From: Eledone cirrhosa
Taxonomy: Eukaryota
Direction of reading: 5' to 3'
Assembly (NCBI GenBank): GCA_964016885.1
Contig: OZ024740.1
Location: forward strand, 311,426,001 to 311,490,000
DNA length: 64,000 bases
The notes under the pieces are model-generated. The model saw only the letters and a list, made by a program, of their open reading frames with translations. It ran no database searches and was not told the DNA's origin. Positions 25,030 to 37,869 of the stretch are shown piece after piece (positions within the stretch are counted from its first letter, which is position 1; each line of letters begins with the position of its first letter). A program made the position numbers and the translations under genes.

Positions 25030-25524
25030 GCGCATGCGCAGTACGGACCGGCCTTCGCACTTGCGCACTTCGGACCAGCCTTCGCGCATGCGCAGTACGG
25101 ACCAGTCTTCGCGCATGCGCACTTCGGCCGCCAGCCTTCGCGCATGCGCACTTCGGACCAGACTTCGCGCATGCGCACTTCGATCAAGACATCGCGCGTG
25201 CACACTTCGGACCGGCCTTCGCGCATGTGCACTTCTGACCAGGCTTCGCGCATGCGCAGTACGGACCAGCCTTCGCGTATGCGCACTTCGGACCAGCCTT
25301 CGCGCATGCGCAGTACGGACCAGCCTTCACGCATGCGCATTTTGGACCAGCCTTCGCGCATGCGCACTTCGGACCTGACATTGCGCATGCGCGCTTCGGC
25401 CCAGACTCCGCGCATGCGCACTTCGGACCAGACTTCGCGCATGCGCAGTACGGACCAGTTTCGCGCATGCGCAGTACGGACCAGTCTTCGCTCATGCGCA
25501 CTTCGGACCAGCCTTCGCGCATGT
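25027..25524. repeat. 27-bp CpG-rich minisatellite, ~18 units
   Basis: Unit ttcgcgcatgcgca(gta/ctt)cggaccagcc counted directly; (TA)n-rich flanks. Confidence 0.95.
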
Positions 25525-25630
25525 GTGTATATATATAAATATATATGTATGTGTGTGTGTGTGCATCAGACATAATTTATATGCTATTACATTTATATAT
25601 ATCTAATCAATGGGCGTACAACAGTGCTTA

Positions 25631-26866
25631 ATCTAAACTATAATAAAGTAAGAAGCGCGGGACTGCGTACGGTTTATAATTTTTTATCCCCTTAGTAAAA
25701 TAAGTTGGATTACTTTGAATAAATAATGAATGAATATTACATAATTTATCTACTAAATTTCGTGGCTATTCATTCAATATATTTTATTACTTATTTAAAG
25801 ATTCACTTCTTTAAAATTTTCAGATGTCAACACTTCCGGTTAGCGATCGTTTAAATAAATATTCATATATTTCTGTCACTAATTTTCTCCTAATGCAGTT
25901 TACAAATAATATCATCTTTTTTTAATGTATCATGGATTACGTTACTGATTACATAAGACAGTGTAACACAGTCTTCGTTCAATTTCTGTGTATATTGTCA
26001 ATTACGATTTTATTTGATCATGATATATATACTTGCGTATAATATCAATATACACACTACACATGCTAGCAGATATATAATATCGTCTTTTTTTAATGCA
26101 TCATGGATTACGTTACTGATTAAAGAAGACAGTGTAACACAGTCTTCGTTCAATTTCTGTGTATATTGTCAATTACGGTTTTATTTGATGTATCATATCT
26201 ACATGCATATATACTCGCGTATAATATCAATATACACACTACACAAGCTAGCAGAAAACCACCCGAAGGGTGGTTTTTCTGCTAATTATATTAAATGAGT
26301 TTTTAAAAAAAGGAGTTAATAAATAAAGAGTTAATAAATAAATAAAACGTTATACTTGTTTTACCCTCCCATTTCCAATTAAACCGAATGCTATCATGAC
26401 TGTATGTGTGTGTTTGTGTAAATGTATGTGTGTGAATGTATGTATGTTTGTGTGGAACTACGTGTGAATGTATATGTATTTATGTGAATTGTGTCCGTAA
26501 GTTTGTGTTTGCGCCATTATAGTTATATACTCATACATATAGATGTATGTATGTGCACATTCATACGCGTCAGTGCGTAGAAAATCATAACTCTCTAGCT
26601 CTCTTATCACACACTCTCTCTTTCTATATATATGGTAGTTGAAGTGGTGGTGGTGGTGGCGACGATATACCGGAAGTGCAACTTTGAAAAGAAGTCAATT
26701 TTAGATTATATAATTTTACAAAATTATTTGTTTACGAAATTTAGCACATAAATTATATAATATTCATTCATTATTTATTCAAATGAATCCAACTTATTTT
26801 ACTAACTGGATTAAAAGAAATAAACCGTACGCAGTCTCGCAGCACTTGCTTTATTATAGTTTAGAT
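25631..26866. mobile_element. DNA-transposon-like element with ~200-bp imperfect terminal inverted repeats
   Basis: atctaaactataataaag...cacttccggt (25631-25840) versus accggaagtg...ctttattatagtttagat (26669-26866); no clear TSD. Confidence 0.7.
25900..26285 (+). mobile_element. Helitron 3'-end fragment with a duplicated subterminal segment
   Basis: Inverted homology to 20528-20720; two ~170-bp copies; hairpin tagcagaaaaccaccc/gggtggtttttctgcta ending CTAA|T. Confidence 0.8.
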
Positions 26867-27989
26867 ATCTGAGTCTTCTTAAATTTATGATGTTATTTAC
26901 GCATTTGGAATGTTATTTATACAACTATGAATAAAAGATATGCAAAATACATGTTTAAAAAAACGATTTAATTTTTGTTTGCTTCAAAACACCTTTTTGC
27001 TTTAAAAAAATAATGTGAATATAAGTTCTTACATAGGCAAAAACTTTTATGCAGCAAAAAAAAAAGAAATTAAATCAATTTATAGATGTCGCCGACCATT
27101 CTTGAGGAAACATTGTGGTCCGTTAGTGATCGCTGGATTCTACCAGGCACACATTTATCTCAAATGATTGGGAGAATTTGATTGTACCTCTGTCTAGTAG
27201 AATATAACACTTACAAATAACATTACAAATGCGTAAATATGCCTTTCCCTTCCTTTTCCGGTTTTTTTAAATATAATTTTTTAGTTTGCATTCCATTCTT
27301 TCTTTTCAATCTTTTTTTTTTCTATTAAATTGTATATATTTACTATTAACTTCCCTAATCAGCGCCAATTGTTATATTATAATGTCTAAATTATAAGCAT
27401 AACCAATGGCTTATAATCAATGGCTATATTATAAGCATAAGACTATTTCAACTTCCTAATTTTCAGACTGCAAAATGTAATTCAATTTTATATTCAATTA
27501 CACTATAAATTGCTCGCAATTCGTTCAGAAGAACTTTACAAATATAATGTCGTTGACAAACAAATATAAACGCATATAAGAGACACAGAAGGGGGGGGGG
27601 GGGGGCAAAAACGCTCATTAATTCACCACTAAGTGTGACAATCAACCGTACATCACATCATAATGGTTAACTAAACACTTTGAGGTAAGTCAATACTCTG
27701 GAGGCATTACCACGGGTGATGGCGAGGCTAAAGCGTTGAAACAACCAGGCACCCTCACGGGCATCACCTGATACCTCAGGAAGGCGAGCCGCCAACAATG
27801 ACAAGAATATATATATATATATATATATATATAGCGCTTAATAACGGCCTACAGTGTTTCCCATGAACAATTGTCAAAATCAACTAAACATTTACTTTCA
27901 TTTTTTTTTTATTTTTGCACCATAAAATTTGAATCAAACAGTAAAAGATTCTTAATATTCATAGAAAGGGTATAGTCGATCAATTATTC

Positions 27990-28460
27990 CTGATATGAGA
28001 GGTGTCTCAACACCTACATTCATAGGCTGAGTCGCAATCTGGACATTAAGTCGACCGACCGTGTCACCAGCACCGAGGTCCTCAACCACACCAAGATACC
28101 CAGTATATTCACCTTGCTCCAACCACGCTGTCTGTACTGGCTAGGTTACGTACATCATATGCCAGACGGGAGGAACCCCAAATATTTACACTGGCCACCG
28201 ACACAAGATCCCATTTTAAAGACATGTGCAGGGGGAATATGAAATCAGTAGATCTGGACGTCCAGAGATAGGAAGAGATCGCAAATGATCACTCATACTG
28301 GAGACGAGTATTACACAAGGGGAAGTGAAACTGAAGCATGATACCGAGGAAAAGCGCGTTCGAAGGAAGGAAACACAGTAACACTTGAGGAGCGCATCTT
28401 CAAATGCAATTGTTGCATACGAGATTGTCACTCCGTTTGGGCCTGTACAGACACTGCACC
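27990..28460 (+). mobile_element. RTE LINE 3' fragment
   Basis: LYWLGYVHHMPDGRNPK and a terminal C..C..DCHS-type zinc finger remnant. Confidence 0.7.
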
Positions 28461-28579
28461 ACCATCAGCAGCTGAAACAAAATCTTTCATTTGACCCATG
28501 ACTGCAGCTCAGTTAAAGGGGTGAACTTCGGAAAGAAATGCCTCACAAACGGCGACCACTCCTGTTCACTGTTTAGGAA

Positions 28580-28945
28580 TATCTAGAGATGCCATAGTCT
28601 TAGCGCACGTTTGCGTATCATCAGCCACGGCATGCCCAGCTCTCATCGTAAAGGGTGTTGGCAGCTGTTGAACCGCCTCACCAGTGGAACTTGTCCCTTT
28701 CACATGAAAGAGAGCAGGCACTCCAATCTAGTGAGGCACGGGTTGGGGCAAAGCACGACGGTCAGGCGGTAATAGATGAAGGAAGCAATGTATGCGTTGC
28801 TCACCTCAGCTCGAACTTTCAGGAATAGCTTCCTATCAGTCCATTTCTGGGTGAAAGTGGCCACCCTGCTCGTTACCTCGTCCCAGTTCTAATCCACATG
28901 GAAGCCCATAACGAATCAGACTGCGAACAACTTGACGGGTCCGTC
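28580..28945 (-). mobile_element. L1/Tx1-clade LINE fragment
   Basis: WTDRKLFLKVRAEVSNAYIASFIYYRL..LGMP, resembling the post-RT region of Tx1-like ORF2. Confidence 0.6.
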
Positions 28946-28949
28946 CAGC

Positions 28950-30390
28950 GTTCCACGCTTTGTAGATGGCAACCTTAGTGTTCGTGGTCAGTTTTCTATT
29001 CTCCCAGACTCTCTTGGTCTGCTTGACAAATGAATCCACCTGATTATTTCGGAATCAAGGGAGAGATTGTCCATAATGAATGATGGAGCCGAGGTAGATG
29101 AATTCGTGGACTACCGCCAACCCGTAGTTGTTGATGGTGATGGCAGTGAGGTGTTTGACGCCTTGGCCCAATACGTTGGTCTTCTTTAAACTAATGACCA
29201 GGCTGATTTTCTGGCAAACCCTTGAAAGTGTGTCCATAAGGTACTGCATTTGCTGCTCAATGTGCGTTACCAATGCTGCGTTGTCCACTAACAACATTTC
29301 TCTGATGAATACCTGACGAACCCTAGATTTTGCCTTCAGTCTTGACAGATTAAACAACCTCCTATCTGATCTGGTGTGGAGGTAAACACCATCAGTCGAC
29401 GTTCGAAATGCGTGTTTCAGCATGACTGCGAAAAAGATGCCAAACAGGGTGAGGGCAAGCACACAGCCCTGCTTCTCATCACTGCATTTGTTAAACGCCC
29501 CCGAAACAAATCCATCAAATTGAACGACACTTTTCATATCCGCATGAAACGATTGGACTGTTCTGAGGAGTCTTGGAGAACAACTAATCTTGGCAAGGAT
29601 TTTAAACAAGCCATCTATAGGTCGAATGTCTTCTAGGGGTCAATGAAGGTGATGTAGAATGTTTGCCTTTGCTCTCGTCACTTCTCCTCTAGCTGTCGAA
29701 GGGAGAAGTTCATGTCGATGGTGAAGCGTTCTGACCTGAAACCGCACTGAAATTTTCTGTAGTCTTTTCAGAACCACACGGGGGAAAAACGTCCCCAATG
29801 ATATTCAACGGTGAGATGGATCGATAGTTATTACAGTGTCTTCTGTCCCCTTTGTTCTTGGAAAGGAGGATGATGCTGCAGTCTCCCAAGTCTTGCGTTA
29901 CTGTTTCCTCCTCCCAGCAATAGCACGGTAGTTTCAACAAGTGGCTAAGCAACAATGTTTGCCTTTGCACACATGATGACCTCTGGTAGTATCCCATCCA
30001 ATCTTGGTGCCTTCCCAGTGAGCAAGTTGTCCATGACTCTGATCAGTTCTTCAGCAGTCGGCAATGCGCCTAGATCTTCCATAACGGGTATGTGTTCCAC
30101 GGTATCTAGCGTGTTGTCCGAGATGCTGTTTCCCCTGGAGTAGAATTCGAAGTAATGCTCCACATATCTCCATCTGCTGTTTTTGCCGATGATGACCTCG
30201 TCTGTTCTGGATTTGTGTGGAGCTGTCTTATTCTAGGTTGGGCCGATGACTTTGTTAATGCCTTCATACATTCTGCGAATATTTCCTGTGTCAAATGATA
30301 AATAGATACTTTCGCATATACTCTCTGGCCAAAGGTCAATACAAAGTTTCCTGGTGACATCCCCGATCCGGGAAGTGGCACCAGCTCAAT
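28950..30390 (-). pseudogene. RTE LINE reverse transcriptase remnant
   Basis: GKAPRLDGI; KNKGDRRHCNNYRSIS; KQGCVLALTLF; LVDNAALV (FADD equivalent); FIYLGSII. Confidence 0.88.
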
Positions 30391-30616
30391 CTGATCCTCA
30401 CAAGAGATAACTATCTGGAAAACGTACTCTGATTTGCTGCAATCTTCGAATTCAACAAAAGATGATGCACTACACCATGCCTCCGGGAAAGTAGCGCATC
30501 AATGCTACTGCGACCCAACATTCAGCCAAAGCAGCTGTATCCATCAAGTACTTGAGAACGCCTTCCTTATAGACCCACCGGAAGGAACTCTTTCATGGAC
30601 ACCATCTATAGGATCG

Positions 30617-30659
<43 letters not shown>

Positions 30660-30661
<2 letters not shown>

Positions 30662-31010
30662 TCTTTTCTTCTTCGTCAACTTATTCCTGAGCGGGTCGTA
30701 GGGCAGAGTTTTCAAACACTCCTTCCAGCAGGTCCTGTCAGAAGCAACCATTTCCAACTGATCCGGCTAAATCCCCAAACATGACCAGCCAAGCTCATGG
30801 ATGTTATCCAACCATCTTGCTTGGGGTCTACCCATGGGTCTCCTATCGGCTGGTTTTGCCCGTAAAATCTGTCCAGCGATTCTTTCCTGAGACATTTTAA
30901 CCACATGCCCATATTATCGGAGTTGTGATCTCTCAATTCGGAGAAGTAGCGGCTCTACCTTGAGTTACTCTCTGATCTCCGAGCTACGCACTCTATTTCA
31001 GCCGCTTGTA
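30660..31010 (-). mobile_element. RTE-type LINE 3' end
   Basis: QLR*YGHVVKM..GRPMGRPQARWL-type motifs across frames; gaagaagaa tail. Confidence 0.65.
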
Positions 31011-32095
31011 TGGGGTATATTCCGTCGCTGGAACTGCCTGCTCCTGAAACTTACGTGTAAATGACCGAGCAATCCACAGGCACGTGTACCCTTAACGTAG
31101 TTCTCAGGAAGTTTCAACGTGACACAATATGTATCTTAAAAGCACAACTCATTTCTGCTAGCTGTATGTGAACTGAAGCAACATGAAATAAAGTGTCCTT
31201 CTCAAGGACACAACGCACTGTCCGGCTAGGGAATCCGGAGGCAAACACCCTGACCAATAAGCTACATGCCCTCACACATAATATACAATGTATATACTAT
31301 AGTCAAGTTCTTCATGCATCTACAGATACCAAATCGTGGACACATCATCAGTGTTGTATCCTGGGTTTTACAACAAACAACCTCATCTTGCCTGTATCTG
31401 TGTGGCACTTTATTGGCTCCATTGGTCACTTCTTTTCAGCCATAGCCATCTAGATACCATATTTGCTATCTTCACATTGCGTTCGATGGCTCTTCTCCTG
31501 CTCATTCCTGTAATGCCCAGGATTCTGCAAGTCTTACTAAGGTAACAACCTGAAAACCTTCGACTAACTACCTTCACTGTCATGTACCTGGTCCTTTACT
31601 AAGTGAACAAGGTTCCTAAATCATAACTGAGTTTCGCGTTACCGATTATTCAAACGTTTGAAGTAGGGAAACAACGTGACAATACATTGAGCAAAAATAT
31701 TCGCAAACATATAAATGGTGCATGAAGACTTGATCAGTCGCCGAACAAAGTTTTAAAAAATGCGTCACGCTTTCATCTAATCAATCATCATCTACATAAC
31801 ACGTAATATTTCAGTCCAGTCACATGTATAACACACACGTACAAAAGGTGGCATTCATTTATGCATTAACACTAAAATATCATTAACAATAGCCACCTCC
31901 CATTCATTGCGTATGTTTTATACATATGATACCTTGAAAGCATCATATCTGTTTCATATGAATAAATGAAAATATCTCGTATTCTGGCACATGACAATTA
32001 AATATGTGAGGCGTTTTTCTCGAGATATTAACTAATCATATTTCGATGTGTTTGTGAATAACTTTATATATTGTCATGTTGCTTCCTTACTTCGT

Positions 32096-32137
32096 TCGTT
32101 TGAATAATCGATAACGTGATGAAACTCGTAGTTATGA
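32096..32137 (+). ncRNA. Degenerate hammerhead motif
   Basis: tcgt-TTGAATA-atc-gataacgt-gat-GAAAC-tcgta-GTT-atga; two core substitutions. Confidence 0.4.
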
Positions 32138-32739
32138 TTCCAGAAGTTTCAACGACTAATAAAATATATACACTTTTTATGTATTGAGTACTTTTTCTCT
32201 GTTAGTAAATACAGTCAACAATCCATATATTACTACTATTCAACTTTTCCAGTACCAAAGTGCAAAACTCTTCCCTATTTGACTGCAACTACCCCAATAT
32301 CTACCATCTAAATAGTAGGTGTCTTTCTAAAACATTTGGTCTTGCTTGCAGATAAGAATAAAAGATATAGAGCTTACAGAAAATCCTTCTAAAACTGATT
32401 CTCGCAAGATATATTTACACTCAGACACTCAGATAGACGTCTCCAAATATATATGGAGCTTAAAGGATGATAATATTAGCAATAACAAAATCGATTGTCT
32501 CATTATAGAACATGGAATTGCTGACTGCTTTTAGACTTTTCTATTGCTATTTATTGAGAAATTTACAACTACCAGCTGGTTAGTGGATTTGCCATACCCT
32601 TATTCGTAAACACTAAAATGTCATTAACAATAGTCGACTCATATGCTTACATGTTTTATATATATGGTACTGAAGACATTAAAAAATACGCTTTTTTTTT
32701 CACTTGGTAGATCTAAAGAAAGAAGCAATATTCATGATT

Positions 32740-33090
32740 TTCACAGGTTTTCCCAGACCGGAAAAATTTATGCCGTTGATGTTTTAAACTGTTGCAAGTC
32801 CACTCCTCTGAAAATGATATGAGTAAGGAGGGAGTTCAAAAGGACCAACCTTCTGAACTGAGTGAATTGGGTATAGTAGTTAGTGCGAGGCCTGGAGTAT
32901 TTGACACAACATAAATGATGAGAGGAGAGACGAGTGAGCCGAGAGTGGTTGTGTGGAGATGACATGATATTAGCAAGCTCTGAGGAGTAGAGACTATTGT
33001 AGTAATGAACAAAGAGATGAGACAAAGTGATGAGACAGCACGGCTGTGAGCCAGAGACTAGGAGAGTCATGTAAATAGAAGAAAATATCA
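32740..33090 (-). mobile_element. CR1/L2/Jockey-group LINE 3' fragment nested in a pLTR
   Basis: YYNSLYSSELA..RLTR..RTNYY..NSL..DLQQFK C-terminal pattern. Confidence 0.55.
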
Positions 33091-33291
33091 CGTAACATAT
33101 TCAAACCTATTTTTAGTTAACAAATTAAATATCTACGTGCTTTTGATAAACCATATGTTCATGTGTTTGTGAAATTTTCTTGTATATTGCCATGTTACTT
33201 ACTTCAAGAAACTTCTAATAAAATATACACACTCTGCTTTATGTATTAAATTCTCATTACCCGTTTTTAAACACGAACGTTCACCAATATA

Positions 33292-33325
<34 letters not shown>

Positions 33326-33497
33326 GTTTTAATATAGATGAGATTCTACAGGACTAGAACTGTTTCATTCTTTAGAAATCATAAAGAATGAAACAGTTCT
33401 AGTCCTGTAGAATCTCATCTATATTAAAACTTTTATACTCTGCAATGTATTGAGTACCTTACTTACTGTGGTTACCTCCGATTCAACCCGGAATAAC

Positions 33498-33500
<3 letters not shown>
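33326..33500. mobile_element. PLE pLTR fold-back within (TA)n
   Basis: ~48-bp inverted arms (33326-33374 / 33382-33431); same family as 39654-39786 and 49685-49745. Confidence 0.8.
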
Positions 33501-33540
<40 letters not shown>

Positions 33541-33550
33541 TAACAGATTA

Positions 33551-33603
33551 AAGTTTAAGCAAAGAATCGCTGCTTTCACCCTTAATGGGATCTTCTGAAA
33601 CTC
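33551..33603 (-). ncRNA. Type I hammerhead motif with U4-to-A core change
   Basis: Minus strand gagttt-CAGAAGA-t-ccc-attaa-ggg-t-GAAA-gca-gcgattctt-tgc-TT-aaactt; all three stems pair. Confidence 0.65.
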
Positions 33604-33711
33604 AGTTTCAGAAGATCCCGTTAAATATTTGCTCTACGGTTCTTATATATTTTATACATATTTATCCTTATCGAGCCCTCTTTGGATTTTAGTCTTCAAA
33701 TTTATTATTAT

Positions 33712-33760
<49 letters not shown>

Positions 33761-33763
<3 letters not shown>

Positions 33764-33838
33764 GGTGTCCAAAAAAAAGTATACATACTTTGATTAGAAT
33801 GCTGTCGAAGTGTGTATACATTTTGGGGGGACACCCTG
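33761..33838. mobile_element. 78-bp Tc1/mariner-type MITE
   Basis: TIRs cagggtgtcc..aaaa.gtataca / tgtatacatttt..ggacaccctg; TA on the left, TG on the right. Confidence 0.8.
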
Positions 33839-33857
33839 TGTGTATGTATGTATTGTG

Positions 33858-33894
<37 letters not shown>

Positions 33895-33895
33895 A

Positions 33896-33928
<33 letters not shown>

Positions 33929-35929
33929 GTGCGTTGAAGGGAGTTTATGTGCTGTGAGAAGAAGTAAAATCAAATATTTCCGACTGTTCCCTGCTTTTCT
34001 CCGCCATTGGTACAAAATTCAAATGTATAATTGCTGGGGAAATGACATTGTGCAACGTTCATTTTTGTACCCAGATAGATTATTAGCAGAGCAAGTACAA
34101 TGAAACGGCTGCAACCGGGTATGCCAATTAGGTCAAGGGTTTAGATTTATCATGGGGAGGGCTCTCTCCTCCTCTATTTCTTTCTTCCCTTCTCTTTATT
34201 CAACAATGACCGTAACAATCAGAAATAACTTGGTAGAGTCCATTAAGTCCCATTACAAAGGAATTAATAACTTACTCTTTTGAAAGAAACATGGTTGCAT
34301 GCCCTCCTCTCTATCCCCTCTTCCTCTCTCAACTGACGTTTTTCCTTCCAGTATAATTACCGGAAATTTGGTATCTTTTTTTTTTACGTGAGATATTTTT
34401 TATTCCACACCATAAGGTAGTTTTTAACCACATAAGCGACATCAGATGAGTTAGAAAATATTGACCATAAAAATAGACCATAAATCATTTCAACCCGACA
34501 ACCAAACTCTCTTGCTTTCTCCCTCTCCTTTTCTCTTCCTTCCACTTTTGCTTTTTCTCCTTTCCCTCTCTCTTACACACTCACACACACAACCACCACC
34601 ACCACCACCACCACACTACACTACACCACACCACACCATTTGTCGACCAAAATGTCTTTCCAATCGACTGACTGACAGAAAAAAATGGAAATGAGCTAAA
34701 TCAATCAATCACTTATCAAAATCTTCATTAGCGACATCAGATATTAACTGCAAATGTCCGAGGAGAAAAAAAAACTGGAAGGGAAAAAATATTCTTTTGA
34801 ACTCTTTGCTCTGAAATGGTCAATCAAGTCAGTCCAGTCTTTTATATTTTTGTATGTTGTTTTATTCTCCTGCTTAATTTGGACTGACTGATTGACCACT
34901 TTCATTTCAAGTTCCCGGGTGAGTTCAGCAAACTGGTTTTCTATTTCTGAGAGAAGATAATTAATTTTTTTCGGATGCTCTCAGGAAAATCATAAAAACG
35001 GCATACAAATTCATCCCACTTCCTGATAGCATTGTAAATCTTGATTAAGATGTTAATTTTATTTATTTATTTATTCATTTATTTATTTAGTCGGATAGCA
35101 TTAAAAATACATTTTCAAGTTCTGAAATGTTGGAAGATTATTCTTTTTATTTTTTAAGAAAATAAAGAGATCAGTGTTGAGCTGGATATTTTGTCTTTCA
35201 CCTAGATCAAGAAACAAGGTCAAGTCTCCTAAAGAGTTGGAGGAAGGCACATAAAAACATATTCACACATCAATTGTCAATTTTATGACAAGGTAATGGA
35301 GCTGCAAAAATTGTGCAACACAAGATCAAATGATGCATTGGAGTATTTAATCTCGTTTTTCTACAGTCCGAGTTCAAAACCTTTCTGGGTTCAATTTTAT
35401 CTTTATTTCCCCCGAGATCCAAACATGTTTGTACTGAATCGACTCAAACAACTATGCCTCTTTCCTACAGAACTGTGGTACTGTCAGGACTAATGCCTGT
35501 GTGTTTAGCGCCATAAGCTTGCCTTACAGTATACGCCCCCTTCTTCCAGTTATATGCCCTGTTCCTCTCACAAAAATAATATAAAATTACAGTTTGACAA
35601 ACCTAGTTTTTTACCTTAATCTGACAACACTAAGAAAATTACTAAACCTGCATTTTTCACAACTCAGTCCACATTTACCCACGCCAAATCATGTTACAGT
35701 CATAACACCGTGCGACCCTCGCCACCGTTTTGGATATTTCGAGGTTTATTTATTGATCACAGGAAATGATTATATATTTATTTAATTATATAAATTTGTA
35801 TAAAACTGTGATCCGTTAAGGTTCAGTAATACATCTCCCTGAGATTTGCGCTCAAGCGACTGCCTAGTTGGCCTAAAAGTAGCATCAGCCCTGTATATTG
35901 GATTACTGTGCATTATATTAATACGCGTG

Positions 35930-36153
35930 AGGGCGGTGGATTGGCAGAATCGGTAGAGCGTTGGACAGCATGCTTAGTGGCAGAGAGTTATGGCCCTTTA
36001 CGTTCTGAGTTCAAATCCCGCCGAGGTTAGCTTTTCCTTTCATCCTTACGGGGTCTATAAAATAAAGTACCAGTAATGCAGTGGGGTCAATTTAATCGAC
36101 TTTCCCCTCCCCCTTCAAATTGCTGACCCTGTGCCTGTAGTAGAAACAATTAT
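35930..36153 (+). mobile_element. tRNA-derived SINE (family B), full length
   Basis: A box tggcagaatcggt, B box gagttcaaatccc, tail gtagaaacaattat; many copies in the window. Confidence 0.88.
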
Positions 36154-36279
36154 ATTAATACTCGTAGTTTTAAAATATACTTCCTGCTCATTTTGGATTC
36201 ACAATTAGAGACATTTTACTTTCGCTGCTTACTTCCACTGAAAATTGATATTAATTTCCCACAAAGGTTTTGACTGTAA

Positions 36280-36640
36280 ATCTGTTAAAAAGTTAGCACT
36301 TCGACAATAGTTAAAGAAGATTGCTTCACAATCATTAGGTCCTGGGTTCAATGTCACTATATGTATTCTTGGGTAAGTGTCATTTACCATAGCCTTGAAT
36401 CGACCCATGCTTTGTGAATGAAATTGGGTTGGTGGAAACTATTTGGGAACCCACGGGATGGATCATACTTGTAATTCAAAGGGACTACCTTGTCATACAC
36501 TGTGCTGCACTGAATCTCCCTGGGAATTACGTTAAGTATGTGCGTGACTGTAGAATGGCCAGCCACTTGAACGTTAATTTCATGAACAGGCTCTTCCGTT
36601 GTTCAAAATACTGGAACAATCATCATCGAAATCGATAGAT
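36280..36640 (+). mobile_element. tRNA-derived SINE (family A-related)
   Basis: gggttcaatgtc B box; body aatctccctgggaattacgttaag shared with 5370-5725. Confidence 0.65.
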
Positions 36641-36647
36641 GTCCATT

Positions 36648-36708
<61 letters not shown>

Positions 36709-36822
36709 TATACATATATATATATATACAAATGTAACATATTAAATATGTTAGAATCATGTACTGTGTCTTCTCTGGATATATGGTTCTGTCTCTCTCT
36801 CTATATATATCTTCTACTTTTG

Positions 36823-36911
<89 letters not shown>

Positions 36912-36930
36912 TGTGTGTGTGTGTGTGTCT

Positions 36931-36967
<37 letters not shown>

Positions 36968-37869
36968 AAAGTTGCATTCAGAAAAAAAATGAAATACGTG
37001 GGACAAATGAACAATAGCATCTATCTCCCTTATCAGCCATCCTCTGAGCAATGTAATTTCGTGCGTAAGGGTGGTATTGTATAATAGTGAGTTCGGGTTG
37101 CACGACAACTTAGAACACAAATAGATAGACAGGTGACTGTCCTTAGACTAGGACGAGAGAGCAATAAAATTCCAACAATAAATGAAAATTACCGTATACT
37201 TGTAGTTCAGTAGAAAGTGTAACTATTACAAACATTGCTTTGAACTGGATACAGAAAGTTATAATTTTCATTTATATGAATATTAATTTTGCATTTTACC
37301 CACAATAACCTTATAATTTAACAAAACTAAACGTCACCCTTTCATTTTTTTTAAAGATCTGTCGCAGCGAGGGTGAATTCCAGAAATTCTTGTGAGCTTG
37401 CTTTTACTTCGAACAACTTCGCCATTCATCGCAGTGATATTGCAACCATCATACTCATCGTTACATGTCTATTTTCCGTCCAGGTGTGCGTTAGACGGGT
37501 TGTCACGTTTTGAGGTTAAATTGAGCAGGTGACCACGTTTAGTTCATACGTTCTGTTTTAAGGTTGCTTTCTACAGCTGGGTGCCCTTGACGCCAACCAC
37601 TTTACAGAATATATATATTATTCTACTGATTTCAGTCATTAAACCACAACCATAATTGGGCACTGCCTTCAAAGAATGACTCGATCATATCGATCCCATT
37701 ACTTATTTTTCATACCTGGTATTTATTTTATCGATGTCTATTTGTCAATACAAAAAGTTACAGGGGATAAAGAAAGAGTAAACTTAAACAAGGACACGGA
37801 CGCACATGGACACGCACGTGACGTGTACACACAGCAGCCAAAGAGTGTCCTCTACTTTTACCAAGTTGG

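Larger units (their letters stand above)
31860..33290 (+). mobile_element. Decayed PLE with two direct pLTR copies around a GIY-YIG remnant
   Basis: cactaaaat.tcattaacaatag at ~31870 and ~32610; tgtgtttgtgaa at ~32047 and ~33162; SKYIWSLKDDNI at ~32440. Confidence 0.6.

Noticed and set aside
24885-25575. Repeat array as CRISPR or repeat protein
   Set aside because: Units are contiguous with no unique spacers, no cas genes, eukaryotic context; open frames arise from the 27-bp period
35930-36030. tRNA gene
   Set aside because: A/B boxes belong to a multi-copy SINE head; no complete cloverleaf
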